Source: Gemmatimonas sp. (GTDB taxonomy: Bacteria > Gemmatimonadota > Gemmatimonadetes > Gemmatimonadales > Gemmatimonadaceae). Taken from it: a DNA stretch of 64,000 nt. The notes below the pieces were generated by a model. It saw nothing but the letters and a program-made list of their open reading frames with translations. It was not told the origin of the DNA and made no database searches. A program made the position numbers and the translations under genes. The DNA is taken from assembly GCA_965279375.1 (NCBI GenBank), contig OZ257156.1, forward strand, positions 1,344,001 to 1,408,000, read 5' to 3'. This document shows, one piece after another, positions 1-9,798 of this stretch (position 1 is the stretch's first letter; every line of letters starts with the position of its first letter).

Positions 1-1014
1 CGATTCGTCGAAGACAGCACCTCTGCGAGAACTCTGAAGGATTGCCTAAGCCCGCAGTTTGCTGCTCCCGAGCAATGGCGATACGAGCGCTCTACCGGCG
101 CAACAGATGTGTACGCTCTGGGCGGTGTGCTACACGTGATGCTTACCGGACGGCCGCCTTTCGACGGATCAGCAGTTGCTCTTCAAGAAATGCACTTGAG
201 CGCTGTTCCGCCCGAGATTCCGAGTGAAAGTGGGCAGCTAAAGGCGCTTGTGTCCATGATGCTGCGAAAGACGCCCGCGGCGCGCCCGAGTCTAAGTCGA
301 GTGCAAACACTCTTGACGCAGGCTCTTGGATCTTTCAAAGCGGTCTCTGATCCGGCGTTTGGTCGGCTGGCGAGCGCCGGCGCCGAGTACGAACGAAGGC
401 AGCTTGAAGCCGAGTCGGAACGAAATCGACTCGAAACCCTGTGGACACAGCGCAGTGACCTCGCTGTAGAAGCGCGGGGAATATTGAACAACTGCTTCGA
501 GGAACTATCGCGGCGAATCTCTGTCGCGGTTCCGAACGCACGCCTCCAGAGAATCGGGACGTCGTGGATTGTACAGGTAGCACATGCGACGCTTGAAATG
601 AACGCAGAGGCCGATCCACTCATCGCTGAAGGCAGATTCGCACGCTCGAACTGGGATGTGATCTGCGGAGGCGCGATTGAGGTACGGCAGGTTCAGCCGG
701 TGCATAAGCGCGGTGCGTCGCTCTGGTACACTAGGCAGAAAAGCCGGAGCGCGGACTTTCGCTGGTATGAAGTCGGGTATACGGCGAACTATCTCTCCGG
801 AAAGGCATTTGAGTTTGAGCCAGTCGCATTGGATGCCGAGAATGCCGATCGGGCCCACGGGCAAGCGATGGACGTCGTGCAAACGGCATACCATCCGACT
901 CCGGTAGATGACGAAGATTCAGAGATGTTCTTTCGTCGTTGGGCGCATATTCTTGCATTGGCCGCCGAAGGCAAGCTGAAGACACTTCCATCGAGCCTTC
1001 CCACTGCACCATAG
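1..1014 (+). CDS. Hanks-type Ser/Thr protein kinase, 5'-partial, with C-terminal extension
   Basis: Frame 1 is open from base 1: ...LSPQFAAPEQW...TDVYALGGVLHVMLTGRPPF (subdomains VIII-IX) and P.ARPS (XI); followed by an attC. Confidence 0.85.
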   Translation, partial: RFVEDSTSARTLKDCLSPQFAAPEQWRYERSTGATDVYALGGVLHVMLTGRPPFDGSAVALQEMHLSAVPPEIPSESGQLKALVSMMLRKTPAARPSLSRVQTLLTQALGSFKAVSDPAFGRLASAGAEYERRQLEAESERNRLETLWTQRSDLAVEARGILNNCFEELSRRISVAVPNARLQRIGTSWIVQVAHATLEMNAEADPLIAEGRFARSNWDVICGGAIEVRQVQPVHKRGASLWYTRQKSRSADFRWYEVGYTANYLSGKAFEFEPVALDAENADRAHGQAMDVVQTAYHPTPVDDEDSEMFFRRWAHILALAAEGKLKTLPSSLPTAP

Positions 1015-1033
1015 CGAGATCAGCGCGGGTTCG

Positions 1034-1152
1034 GCCTAACCTTGCGTTGGTGCAGACAGCCGCTCAGCGGTACGCCGTGTAACTGCGGCGCTGGCGCGCC
1101 TCCGTTCACGGCTTCCTATTTGAGCGGCTGCAGCACAACGCCATCGTTATAC
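1034..1152 (+). repeat. attC site (subtype B)
   Basis: GCCTAAC...GTTATAC, palindromic arms. Confidence 0.9.
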
Positions 1153-1214
1153 CGCAACAGGTACGCCGCGTGAATGCATGGGGCGGACACGCCTAACCCT
1201 TTCCTGAGCGAACC

Positions 1215-2048
1215 ATGCGAACACTGTCCCGCCGCACCCTGGCATCAGGGCGACACCCCGCACTGGGCGTCGTGCTCGCCCTCAGCGGCGCTGCGCTCGC
1301 GGCCTGCCGAACGGTTTCGAGTGCGCGTCCCATGCGTGCGCACCAGGCGGATTCTGTGGCCGCGCATCGTGCGGCGATCGGCTTCCTCGCCGCGTTCGAT
1401 TCGCTCCAGTGGGACCCCTTCCTGTCGTACGTCGCCGACGACGTCACGATGTTCTTTCCCTTCGTCGATTCCCCGTCGCGGGCCGATGGGCGAACCGCCT
1501 TCGCCGCGAGATTCCGCCCATTCTTCGATGACGGTCGCGCTGCGAGGGTCCGCGCCGGATCGCCCAACCCGCCGTTCCTGCACCTCGATCCACGGGATCT
1601 CAAGGTGCAGATGGCCGGCGAGGTGGCGGTCGTGACGTTTCACCTTGGCGCGCAATCGCCGGCGCGGCGCTCCCTGATCTTCCAGCATACGGGCGGGCAG
1701 TGGAAGCTCATCCATTGGCACGCCTCACCCGCGCCAGCCGCTCCACCACGGCCGGACACCGATCGCAGCGCCGCGCTCACCGCGCAGGACATTGCGCGGT
1801 ACGAGGCCACCTACGCCTATGTCGCTGGTGGGAATCCACGCGAGATGCGGGTGTTCGGCGACAACGGCCAGTTGAAGGCGCAGATCGCCGGTGGGCGTGT
1901 CGTCGCCCTGCGTCTCGCGGGCGAACACGCCTTCGTGCTGGACGTGGACGCCAACATTCGCGTGGTCTTCACGGTCGAGAACGGCCGCGCCACCGGGGTC
2001 ACAGTGTACCAGCGGGGCGAAACACTCGTCGGCAAACGAAAGCCGTAG
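1215..2048 (+). CDS. Exported NTF2/SnoaL-like (DUF4440-type) protein with small C-terminal beta domain
   Basis: Lipobox-like ALAAC; 'FLSYVADDVTMF...WKLIHWHAS' NTF2-like pattern. Confidence 0.65.
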   Translation: MRTLSRRTLASGRHPALGVVLALSGAALAACRTVSSARPMRAHQADSVAAHRAAIGFLAAFDSLQWDPFLSYVADDVTMFFPFVDSPSRADGRTAFAARFRPFFDDGRAARVRAGSPNPPFLHLDPRDLKVQMAGEVAVVTFHLGAQSPARRSLIFQHTGGQWKLIHWHASPAPAAPPRPDTDRSAALTAQDIARYEATYAYVAGGNPREMRVFGDNGQLKAQIAGGRVVALRLAGEHAFVLDVDANIRVVFTVENGRATGVTVYQRGETLVGKRKP

Positions 2049-2281
2049 CGCGCTACTTCGTACGCATTGACAACGCCGCGTGCGGTTGGGCTATCCGCGG
2101 ACGGAGCCTGCGGCGTTCACGAGCATCGCTGGCCTCTTACGGAAGCACGCCCCGGTAGGTGGTCAACCGACGGTCGATGAGCGAGGGCGAGAGTGGATCG
2201 CCACCTTCGAAGGAAGGATCTCTGACGCGGCATCATGTAGTTGTCCGCGGGCGTTGGCGAGACAGAGGCGCGGGGGTTGCG

Positions 2282-2394
2282 GTATAACCTTGCGTTGCGC
2301 TTGACAGGGCCTTCAAGGACTGCGGCCTATTGCTCGCTGCGCTCGCTGGCCGCATCCTTTTGAAGGGCCCTGCAAGCGAACGCGCTCGTTAGAT
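2282..2394 (+). repeat. attC site
   Basis: GTATAAC...GTTAGAT. Confidence 0.92.
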
Positions 2395-2485
2395 CGCTTG
2401 CGTGAACGAAAGTTGTTCGCGCCGCTTGCTGCTGCGCGTGCTGGCTTCCCGTGGGCCCGAAGACTCGCCAAGGCCAAAGCGAATT

Positions 2486-4411
2486 CTACCAGGGCGGTAC
2501 CGAGATATCGCGAAGAGTGCGAAGAAGTGTCCAAGCACGGAATCGAGTACCGTCGCCTTCCGCGTGACGTCCACTGGCGACGCCTGAACTTGTGGCGCCG
2601 TCCAAAGCGAGCTCGGTCAGAACACGCCACATTCTCTGTCGGAGGGTCTTCTCCGCCACGTCCTCGAGACGAAAATAGCGAGGAAATGCTGCGAGGCTGT
2701 CGAACAGCACTCGGCGAGTCGAACTCCGGAACTCATAGGAAGTGTTCATGTACTCACCGAGTGCTGTGACCCGCCCGCCCGTCCGAAGCGGCGTAACAAT
2801 ACTCAGTAGAGTCTCAGCGCAGTTCTGCGCTGTCTCGCGGGCCGTGCTTCGATGCAGACTCTCGTGAAGTACGGCAAAGACTTCGATCTCGGTCGACACA
2901 CCCTGCAGATTGGCCAGCAGTGGGGCCGCGGCTTCAATCGCCTCGCGAAGCGTCGCGCCATCATGAACACGCTTCGTAGGATCCTGCGCGATACGCCAGA
3001 TCGTGGCGAGAAGTCCAGTGGTTGCGTTAGCGATGGCGCGGTCGACGGCGTCCGAATCCGTTTCAAACTCAAGCCGGTGATACTCCGAAAGCACATCACA
3101 GTACCAGCGGCAGGAGCGGGGAAGCGCCGCTCCGTACATATCAAGATGGATTCCCTGTTCGATAACTTGTCGGAATCCGTGCGACTCGTTCGCGACCGCT
3201 AGCCCGAGTTGAAATCTTGGCGTCAGCACATCGTCGTAGTCCATGCCGACAAGGTCCGCTTCAAGCCAGAATGCACTAGTGCTTCCGGAAGCACGCAGCT
3301 TGGTCAGTCTAGATTGAAGTGCCAAGCAGACCTGCCATCCCGCACAGACGAACTGAGAAGGATCGGACTCGAGTAGTGCGAGACATTCGTCACACTGATG
3401 TTCGAGTTTTTCGATCTGCTCACGCTCGCTAGTAGAAACTTTCGCGAACTCGCGTGAAGCGACAACGACGAACTGGGGGGAACGTTCATCATGATTGGTT
3501 TGTACAGCCGAGACACGTCGATACCCGCAATCCGCGAGCAAGGAGTGACCAACCTCGTCTTGGAGTGCAATCGCTCTCAACGGCGCCGAACTTCGCGTTT
3601 CGAAGCCGGCGAACACCTGATGCCAATCGAGCCGATCCTCCTTGGCTACGGTGTTCCTTAGGGACACACTGACGACACCCACCGGCGCGACGAGCCCAGG
3701 CACCGCCAATAAATCGAAGCCGCGGCGCGCACGAACACCAGTCATGTAGATGCCGAAGACCAGATAGGTCTCACCATTGCGAAGATGATCTAGCGCATCG
3801 GCAGTACTTCCGTAGTACGTAGCTTCCAGACGCTCCGCCTTCGGGTAGACGCTACGAATGACGTCGTGAACAAAGCGCTTCCAAAGCTGCGCGTGTCCCG
3901 CTCTAGCCGAACGCTCGACAAACGGTGCCCATGGCATTGCGCCGACTCTCAGAGAGCCGTTCGCTTCGGCTTCGTCTCGCGCTCTGTCCGCACTGACCGG
4001 GCCGTCATTTACCTCTAAGTTCGCAAGCTGCTGAATATCGGCATCATCGGGCCATTTCAGTTGCACCGTGAAGCCTTTTCGAGCGTGCTGCTCTTGAGCG
4101 AGAGCCTTGAATCGATCGCGATATGCGACAGAAAGTTGAGTTACAAGCTGAAGACGGTTCAGCCCTTGCTCGGTGATTGCGCGCCTCTTGGTCACCACTG
4201 CTATGGCCTTGATAACAGAGCCCATCAGTAAAGAGGCCGTTTGTGCGGACGAACCAATGTCCACGCCTTCGCTGTTGACAAGTCGCTCGTACGCACGTCG
4301 CGCGATCCCAAGCGACTCACGATCAGCGCTCGAGAGTTTCAATTGTCGCACGAACTGCCCGATAAGATGCTCCCGATCAATCGCCCGCTTCGATTCGGCA
4401 AATTCTGCCAC
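2486..4411 (-). CDS. Hypothetical protein; possible N-terminal HTH plus solute-binding (PBP2)-like domain
   Basis: Long ORF; GTG at 4411 behind AGAAGAGG; 'LRVGAMPWAPFV...ALDHLRNGETYLVFGIYMTGVR' resembles family-3 solute-binding proteins; no signal peptide. Confidence 0.6.
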   Translation of the reverse strand: MAEFAESKRAIDREHLIGQFVRQLKLSSADRESLGIARRAYERLVNSEGVDIGSSAQTASLLMGSVIKAIAVVTKRRAITEQGLNRLQLVTQLSVAYRDRFKALAQEQHARKGFTVQLKWPDDADIQQLANLEVNDGPVSADRARDEAEANGSLRVGAMPWAPFVERSARAGHAQLWKRFVHDVIRSVYPKAERLEATYYGSTADALDHLRNGETYLVFGIYMTGVRARRGFDLLAVPGLVAPVGVVSVSLRNTVAKEDRLDWHQVFAGFETRSSAPLRAIALQDEVGHSLLADCGYRRVSAVQTNHDERSPQFVVVASREFAKVSTSEREQIEKLEHQCDECLALLESDPSQFVCAGWQVCLALQSRLTKLRASGSTSAFWLEADLVGMDYDDVLTPRFQLGLAVANESHGFRQVIEQGIHLDMYGAALPRSCRWYCDVLSEYHRLEFETDSDAVDRAIANATTGLLATIWRIAQDPTKRVHDGATLREAIEAAAPLLANLQGVSTEIEVFAVLHESLHRSTARETAQNCAETLLSIVTPLRTGGRVTALGEYMNTSYEFRSSTRRVLFDSLAAFPRYFRLEDVAEKTLRQRMWRVLTELALDGATSSGVASGRHAEGDGTRFRAWTLLRTLRDISVPPW

Positions 4412-4506
4412 GTCATGTCCTCTTCTGATGTTCAAACTCGGGCATCTTACCAGATGCGGGCCGGAACACCGTTTCCGACCAGCCACCGCCTATGACAGGG
4501 TAGTGC

Positions 4507-4908
4507 TCACGACAACGTGGCGATCAGCCGCTCGATCTCGCGCAGTCGCTCGAGCGGTGGTTTGCCGACGGAAAGGAGCTTCACATAAAAGTCGATCTGC
4601 AGGATGAGCCAGCGCAGATACCGCAGCTCGTTCCGATCCGCATCGGTCGCGGTGCGAGCAGAGATCTTGTCCAACAGAAAATCCAGTGCCAGCCAAACAT
4701 TGACCCGGGCATCACGGAGCTTGCGGCTAAGTCTATGCGCATCGCCGTGAGGACGTCCCGCGTCCGACCAACCGGCGCGACGCGGAATGTGAACCCGCTC
4801 TTCGTCATCGCGCGGATCCAGTCGAGTTGCCGGCGCCAGCGCCTTTGCGATGATAGCCACGATCAGAGACAACGACAGGATTCCGAGTAGGTCGACGAGC
4901 CAGTGCAT
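4507..4908 (-). CDS. Small protein with N-terminal transmembrane helix
   Basis: ATG at 4908 with GGAGG RBS; MHWLVDLLGILSLSLIVAIIAKALA. Confidence 0.6.
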   Translation of the reverse strand: MHWLVDLLGILSLSLIVAIIAKALAPATRLDPRDDEERVHIPRRAGWSDAGRPHGDAHRLSRKLRDARVNVWLALDFLLDKISARTATDADRNELRYLRWLILQIDFYVKLLSVGKPPLERLREIERLIATLS

Positions 4909-5118
4909 CCTGCACCTCCGCCAAGGGGATGAGCTTCTGGCGAAGAATTTTGGGTCCGCTCGGGTAAATGTCAACCGGGAATTCTTAGAATACCGGCTTT
5001 TACCCGCTACTGTCGTGTTGATTAGTTCACTTCAGTGTCAGGGGCCTACCAAGCCGACCTCCGGCGTGCAACTAATGCCGATCTGCACGGAAGCAGCGCC
5101 GCCGTCACGGCTGGCGCG

Positions 5119-5231
5119 ATCTAACCTTGCGTTGCTGCTGTCAGGGCCTTGAAGGAATGCGGCCTGTTGCTCGCTGCGCTCGCTGGCCGCATCCTATTGG
5201 AGGGCCCTGCAGCAGAACGCGAGCGTTAGGC
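5119..5231 (+). repeat. attC site
   Basis: ATCTAAC...GTTAGGC. Confidence 0.92.
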
Positions 5232-5305
5232 GGCGGACACGATACAGGGCAGGGTGCGCGCGGGCGTAGGTCGACGCGAGCGACCGGGCTCCGATTCTTC
5301 GATCA

Positions 5306-6550
5306 GTGAGGGCAATGCGGATGCGAGCACTGGTAGCACGGGCAGTCGCGAGCGCAATCGTTGGCATGGGCGCGGCGCTGCCGCTGGCGGCCCAGTCGAC
5401 CCGCGATAGTGCGGGGGTGCGCATCGTAGAGAACGCCCGATCGGCGTGGACGTCCCGGGACCGCCTCCGGCTGGAGGCCGCGCCGCAGCTCGTCATCGGC
5501 GACACGGTGAATGCGCCGTATCGCTTTCGACAGGTGCGCGGCGTCTTTCGTCTCCGGGACGGGCGCATCGCCGTCGCCGACGGCGGGTCGTTGCAGTTGC
5601 GCTTCTTCACCGCCGATGGACGCTTCCTCTCCGCCAGTGCCGGTCGCGGCGACGCGCCCGGCCAACTCCTCAACATGGGGATCGTTCGGCGTCTCCGGGG
5701 CGATACGATCGCGATCAGCTCGAGCTTCGCGACGCTCTCGCGTTACACCAGCGAGGGCACGTTTGCCGGGGCCAGCAGTCCCCCCATCGCGGAGAACGCC
5801 CCGCCGTCGAGTCGCCAACTCCTGTTAGAGGTGCTCGCGACCGGACGTCGCGTGGTCACCCCACTACCTCGACAGGCACCTCGCGCACTCGGCACCCGAT
5901 GGGTGGATTCGATCACGCTGCATCTGTTGAACGACGCGGGGGCGATCCACCGCACCGTCGGCGCGGTCCCATTCCTCGAAATGGAGCAGGTCCGCAGTGG
6001 TCCCATGCCCCCGTGGCTCTCCGCGATTGGTGTCGTGGCGGGCGGAGACGACCACCTCTACGCCGGGTTCGGGGATCGCTATGCGATCCACGTGTACACG
6101 GACGACGGCACGCTGCGCTCGATCATCCGACGCGCGTGGACGCCTACCCCGGTGACGCCCGAGGAGTGGGAGCAGTGGGTTGTCGAGTGGTCAAAGCTGT
6201 GGGTGAAGGAGCAGGGCGTCGCGCGGGATAGCGCCGTCGACGCGGTGCGCCGCGCTCCGTATGCCGAGGTCCTCCCGGCGTTCACCGCGTTCCTGGTGGA
6301 TCGGGTCGGCCGCCTGTGGGTGCGTGGAGCGCATTGGCAGGACGCGATCGGCGCCGGCTCGCTCACGGACCTGCCGGCGGTGCCGAGTCAGTGGTCGGTG
6401 TTTGATCCGGCCGGCCGCTGGCTGGGCGACGTGGAGATGCCGGCGGACTTTCAGCCGTATGAGATTGGCGCCGACTACGTGGTGGGGAAAGCGCGTCGCG
6501 CCGGCGTGAATCAGGTCGTGCTGTACGGTCTGCGTCGAGGCGCGCCGTGA
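5306..6550 (+). CDS. Secreted 6-bladed beta-propeller-like protein
   Basis: Signal peptide (PLAAQ), 'RDSAGVRIVEN', repeated 'D..GRI/LWV' and 'VFDPAGRWLG' blades; start codon uncertain. Confidence 0.75.
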   Translation: MRAMRMRALVARAVASAIVGMGAALPLAAQSTRDSAGVRIVENARSAWTSRDRLRLEAAPQLVIGDTVNAPYRFRQVRGVFRLRDGRIAVADGGSLQLRFFTADGRFLSASAGRGDAPGQLLNMGIVRRLRGDTIAISSSFATLSRYTSEGTFAGASSPPIAENAPPSSRQLLLEVLATGRRVVTPLPRQAPRALGTRWVDSITLHLLNDAGAIHRTVGAVPFLEMEQVRSGPMPPWLSAIGVVAGGDDHLYAGFGDRYAIHVYTDDGTLRSIIRRAWTPTPVTPEEWEQWVVEWSKLWVKEQGVARDSAVDAVRRAPYAEVLPAFTAFLVDRVGRLWVRGAHWQDAIGAGSLTDLPAVPSQWSVFDPAGRWLGDVEMPADFQPYEIGADYVVGKARRAGVNQVVLYGLRRGAP

Positions 6551-6602
6551 ACGCCCGGTGGCGCCGTCGTCGTGGGGGCGTGCGGCAACACGCGGCACCG
6601 CC

Positions 6603-6713
6603 GCCTAACCCTGCGTTGCGCTTGACAGGGCCGCGGAGGATGGCGGCCTGTTCGCTGGCGCTCACTGGCCGCAGTTTATGGAAGGGCCCTGCAAGCGAAC
6701 GCGATCGTTAGGC
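6603..6713 (+). repeat. attC site
   Basis: GCCTAAC...GTTAGGC. Confidence 0.9.
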
Positions 6714-6734
6714 ACCCAACTAGGATTGGCTCAT

Positions 6735-7418
6735 ATGACAGTTGACGAACTGGTAGGAAAGCTCTCGACAGCGGAGCGCGAAGCGTTCGCAGACCGATTC
6801 CTTCGTGCCTTTCTAGGCGCCGGCTTCGGAGCAATGAGCAAGCGGGAGACCGAGCTACTAGTCTTCCACTGCCTTGAGCGTACTCAGTACTTCGGCGGCC
6901 TGTCATTCTACGACCGTGCGAATGTATTGCGGGTTCTTGAGAGCAAAGTAAAATCGCTAAGAGGCGACGCGACTCAGCGGTACGCCCAGTTGAGCCACAA
7001 GGAGGCCATCCGCGACCTCGCAACCGGTATTGTGCGAGAAGGGAAGATTGGTGCGAGCTTTGAGGGCGATCAAATCGTTCTCGTTATTGAAGATCCATCG
7101 CTGCGGCGCGAGCTTGAACATGCACTCCGCACCCAAGGTGGTCGAGTAGACTATACGCTTAATCGCGACGTGGTCGCGGTAAAGATTCCGGCGTTCCTTG
7201 AATTGCTGAAGCGCACACTTGCGTTCGGTGATGAACAACTGGCTGTCTTGCTAGCGGCCGACGTGAAGGACGCCAAGGCCGCGAAGAAGCTCCTAGATTC
7301 AAAACTTCCGCTAAGCGATCGGGTGAGCACGTACCTCGCTGAGAAGAAGGGGGTCGTCTCCGCGATAGGGAGTCTTTTCGGCGGTCTTGCCAAGTTGTTC
7401 GCTACAGGTACTCCTTGA
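6735..7418 (+). CDS. Hypothetical protein, possible HTH
   Basis: ATG 22 bp after attC; 'GFGAMSKRETELLVF...RANVLRVLESKVKSL'; visibly more AT-rich codon use. Confidence 0.7.
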   Translation: MTVDELVGKLSTAEREAFADRFLRAFLGAGFGAMSKRETELLVFHCLERTQYFGGLSFYDRANVLRVLESKVKSLRGDATQRYAQLSHKEAIRDLATGIVREGKIGASFEGDQIVLVIEDPSLRRELEHALRTQGGRVDYTLNRDVVAVKIPAFLELLKRTLAFGDEQLAVLLAADVKDAKAAKKLLDSKLPLSDRVSTYLAEKKGVVSAIGSLFGGLAKLFATGTP

Positions 7419-7430
7419 AACCAGACTCAA

Positions 7431-8213
7431 ATGGACGCCAACAATTGTGCAGCACTGCGGGCAATCTCTGATCGTCTCGCGGAGTGGCAGCGGAAGCAAG
7501 TCGCGGTTGGTGAAGAGTCACTCACAGACTGGCTGCTTTTTGAGATGTCATCACAGCTCTCGTCGTTTCGCTACCTGAAGTTCACGCGACACCGAGAGGC
7601 CCGCGAGACTGGAGCCGACTGGGAGTGGTGGATTCTCTTCGACGGAGGATGTTTCGGGTCGCGCGTTCAGGCGAAGCGCGTTCGCATTGGAATCGACAAC
7701 TACTCAGGCCTGGCATACACGAATCGCCACGGACTGCAGATCACGATGCTACGTGAGGCCGCGAAAGCAAACGGACTACCGGCGTTCTACCTCTTCTACG
7801 CTCCCGGAGACTGCGGCGCCAGTTTGCTCTGTCCACGTGAACCATACGCTTCACTGGGTGGGGCGTTCATTTCATCAGCCTCAAGACTGTACGACCGGTT
7901 CATCCTGCCTGGACCGAGCAGCATTTCCGCAGCACAACTGCTAGCCGAGTCGAACCCTCTGCACTGCCTCTTCTGTTGTCCGCTAGTAACTTTCGGCGAC
8001 GAAGACGGCTGGCGGCGTCACGTACAAAAGTACTTTCCGCAAGAAAGTTCTGCCGATGGGGGAGACGGGCCTCAAGGTTTTCGACGCGAGCCGCCGGAGT
8101 ATGTCTATCGTCTGCTCACGAATGATTTGGCCGCAGATGCAGCTTTGTCGGACCAGATTGCTGAGCTTCCCCCGGTTCAGGGCATAGCTGTGTTCGACGC
8201 ACGGGGTGCCTAA
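7431..8213 (+). CDS. DUF6615-like putative PD-(D/E)xK nuclease-fold protein
   Basis: 'EESLTDWLL...E..TGADWEWW...VQAKR'; TAA stop lies inside the R'' box. Confidence 0.7.
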   Translation: MDANNCAALRAISDRLAEWQRKQVAVGEESLTDWLLFEMSSQLSSFRYLKFTRHREARETGADWEWWILFDGGCFGSRVQAKRVRIGIDNYSGLAYTNRHGLQITMLREAAKANGLPAFYLFYAPGDCGASLLCPREPYASLGGAFISSASRLYDRFILPGPSSISAAQLLAESNPLHCLFCCPLVTFGDEDGWRRHVQKYFPQESSADGGDGPQGFRREPPEYVYRLLTNDLAADAALSDQIAELPPVQGIAVFDARGA

Positions 8214-8317
8214 CCTTGCGTTGCGGCAGACAGGGCCTTCACGGATTGCTCCCTGTTCGCTGCGCTCACTGGTCGCATCCTGTTGAAGGGCCCTGCAGCC
8301 GAACGCGATCGTTAGGC
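8208..8317 (+). repeat. attC site
   Basis: GCCTAAC...GTTAGGC. Confidence 0.92.
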
Positions 8318-8367
8318 GGCTTTCCGATTCTCGTTGTCCCCATCGCTCGTCTCAACCTGTCCCTCGC

Positions 8368-9273
8368 ATGCAACTTCCGCAGCATTGGTTCCGTGTCGCC
8401 GCGTTGACGGCCCTCCTTGCCGGCTGTTCGGTGAAGAGGGCTCCGATGGCCAACGTGACTCCGGCGCAGGCGCTGGCTACGTACGCCGTCACGAGGGACG
8501 TGGCCTACGGGACTGACGCGGAGCAAACCATGGATGTGTACGTGCCCGGGGAGGCCAGCCGAGGACGTCGCCCCAACTACACGTTGGTATTCATGCACGG
8601 CGGGGGCTACTACATCAGCGACAAGACCAAGGAGGAGCGCTACATCCAGCCGTATCTGCAAAGAGGTGTGACGGTCGTCAACCTCAACTACCGGCTCAAG
8701 CGGGGAATTCCGGTCGCTACGGAAGACTTGACCCTCGCCCTCAACTTCCTGCAGGGGCATCAGGGTGCGTACTCCATGAACCTGCAGCGGGTCGTGCTCT
8801 CGGGCTTTTCTGCGGGGGCCCACATTGCCAGCCTAGTGGCGGTGACCGCCAACGAGCCCACGTACGCGCACCCGTTGGCCCCAGGTATTGCCATTGCCGC
8901 CGTGGTCAACTTCTCAGGTCCGGTGGGGGGCCTCGACGTGGTGGAAGCCGTGTTCATGAACAACCCGGTGCCCATCATGAAGGAAATTGGGCTGGCCCTC
9001 TTCCCCGAGACACTGGGGTATGCGCCCACAGCAGTGACCCGGCGCTACGAGCCCCTCACCTACCTCGACCCGAAGGACCCGCCATTTTTCATCTGGCACG
9101 GAGGGCAGGACGACCAAGTGCCGCCAGTCACGTTTGTCCAGTTTGTGGACGTGCTGCAGCAGAACAAGCGAAAGAATGAGGTGCTGTTGGTACCGGAAGG
9201 GCGCCACAGTCCCTCGGCCAGCGAGCTGGAATTGGCGTACGAGCAGATTTTTGAGTTTCTGGCTAAGCACTAG
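8368..9273 (+). CDS. Alpha/beta-hydrolase (HSL-type esterase), lipoprotein
   Basis: HGGG, GFSAG, HG..D..VP and C-terminal His; LLAGC lipobox. Confidence 0.9.
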   Translation: MQLPQHWFRVAALTALLAGCSVKRAPMANVTPAQALATYAVTRDVAYGTDAEQTMDVYVPGEASRGRRPNYTLVFMHGGGYYISDKTKEERYIQPYLQRGVTVVNLNYRLKRGIPVATEDLTLALNFLQGHQGAYSMNLQRVVLSGFSAGAHIASLVAVTANEPTYAHPLAPGIAIAAVVNFSGPVGGLDVVEAVFMNNPVPIMKEIGLALFPETLGYAPTAVTRRYEPLTYLDPKDPPFFIWHGGQDDQVPPVTFVQFVDVLQQNKRKNEVLLVPEGRHSPSASELELAYEQIFEFLAKH

Positions 9274-9520
9274 CCCATGAACGGTCGCGGTACGCGAGCG
9301 TTGGCTATCGCTGTTGTCGTCGCTCGACGCGAGGACGTACGTCGTGCTGCCTGCTTCAACGCGTGATCGGGTCGCTGCCGCAAATACCGACATCGGATCG
9401 GTGTTCCGGTACCGTCGCCTGCAATATGCGGCGCGCTCGTCGACCGCCTCGATCAACTGGGCTTTGCAACCGGTGACGAACGCAGAACACGATCTGCGCC
9501 AGTTCCTCGTCACGACCGCC

Positions 9521-9631
9521 GCCTAACCTTGCGTTGCTGCTGACAGGGCCTTCACAGATTGCTCCCTTGCTCGCTCCGCTCGCTGGTCGCAACCTATTGA
9601 AGGGCCCTGCAGCAGAACGCGATCGTTAGCG
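9521..9631 (+). repeat. attC site
   Basis: GCCTAAC...GTTAGCG. Confidence 0.92.
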
Positions 9632-9761
9632 AGCCTGCGCCGCTGGCATCGCGACGCGGTCGAGTGCCGGCGCGCGTGGCGCAGATCGGCGGTGTTAGGC
9701 ATGTGCCGTCATGAGGGACCACATGGGGCACACCGACGTGGCTGCCACCGCGGGTGACGGG

Positions 9762-9791
9762 TTGGCGCCGGATTCCGTGGGCCGTTATAAT
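9762..9791 (+). promoter_or_regulatory. Putative sigma70 promoter of higBA
   Basis: TTGGCG-N18-TATAAT, ending 7 bp before the GTG start. Confidence 0.6.
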
Positions 9792-9798
9792 AGGAGGT

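Noticed and set aside
2313..2630. Recurring short ORFs with 'LQGPS.GC' or 'EGPCKRTR' peptides (also near 8.3, 16.3, 22.6, 26.6 and 38.2 kb)
   Set aside because: They are translations of the attC repeat itself, not a protein family.
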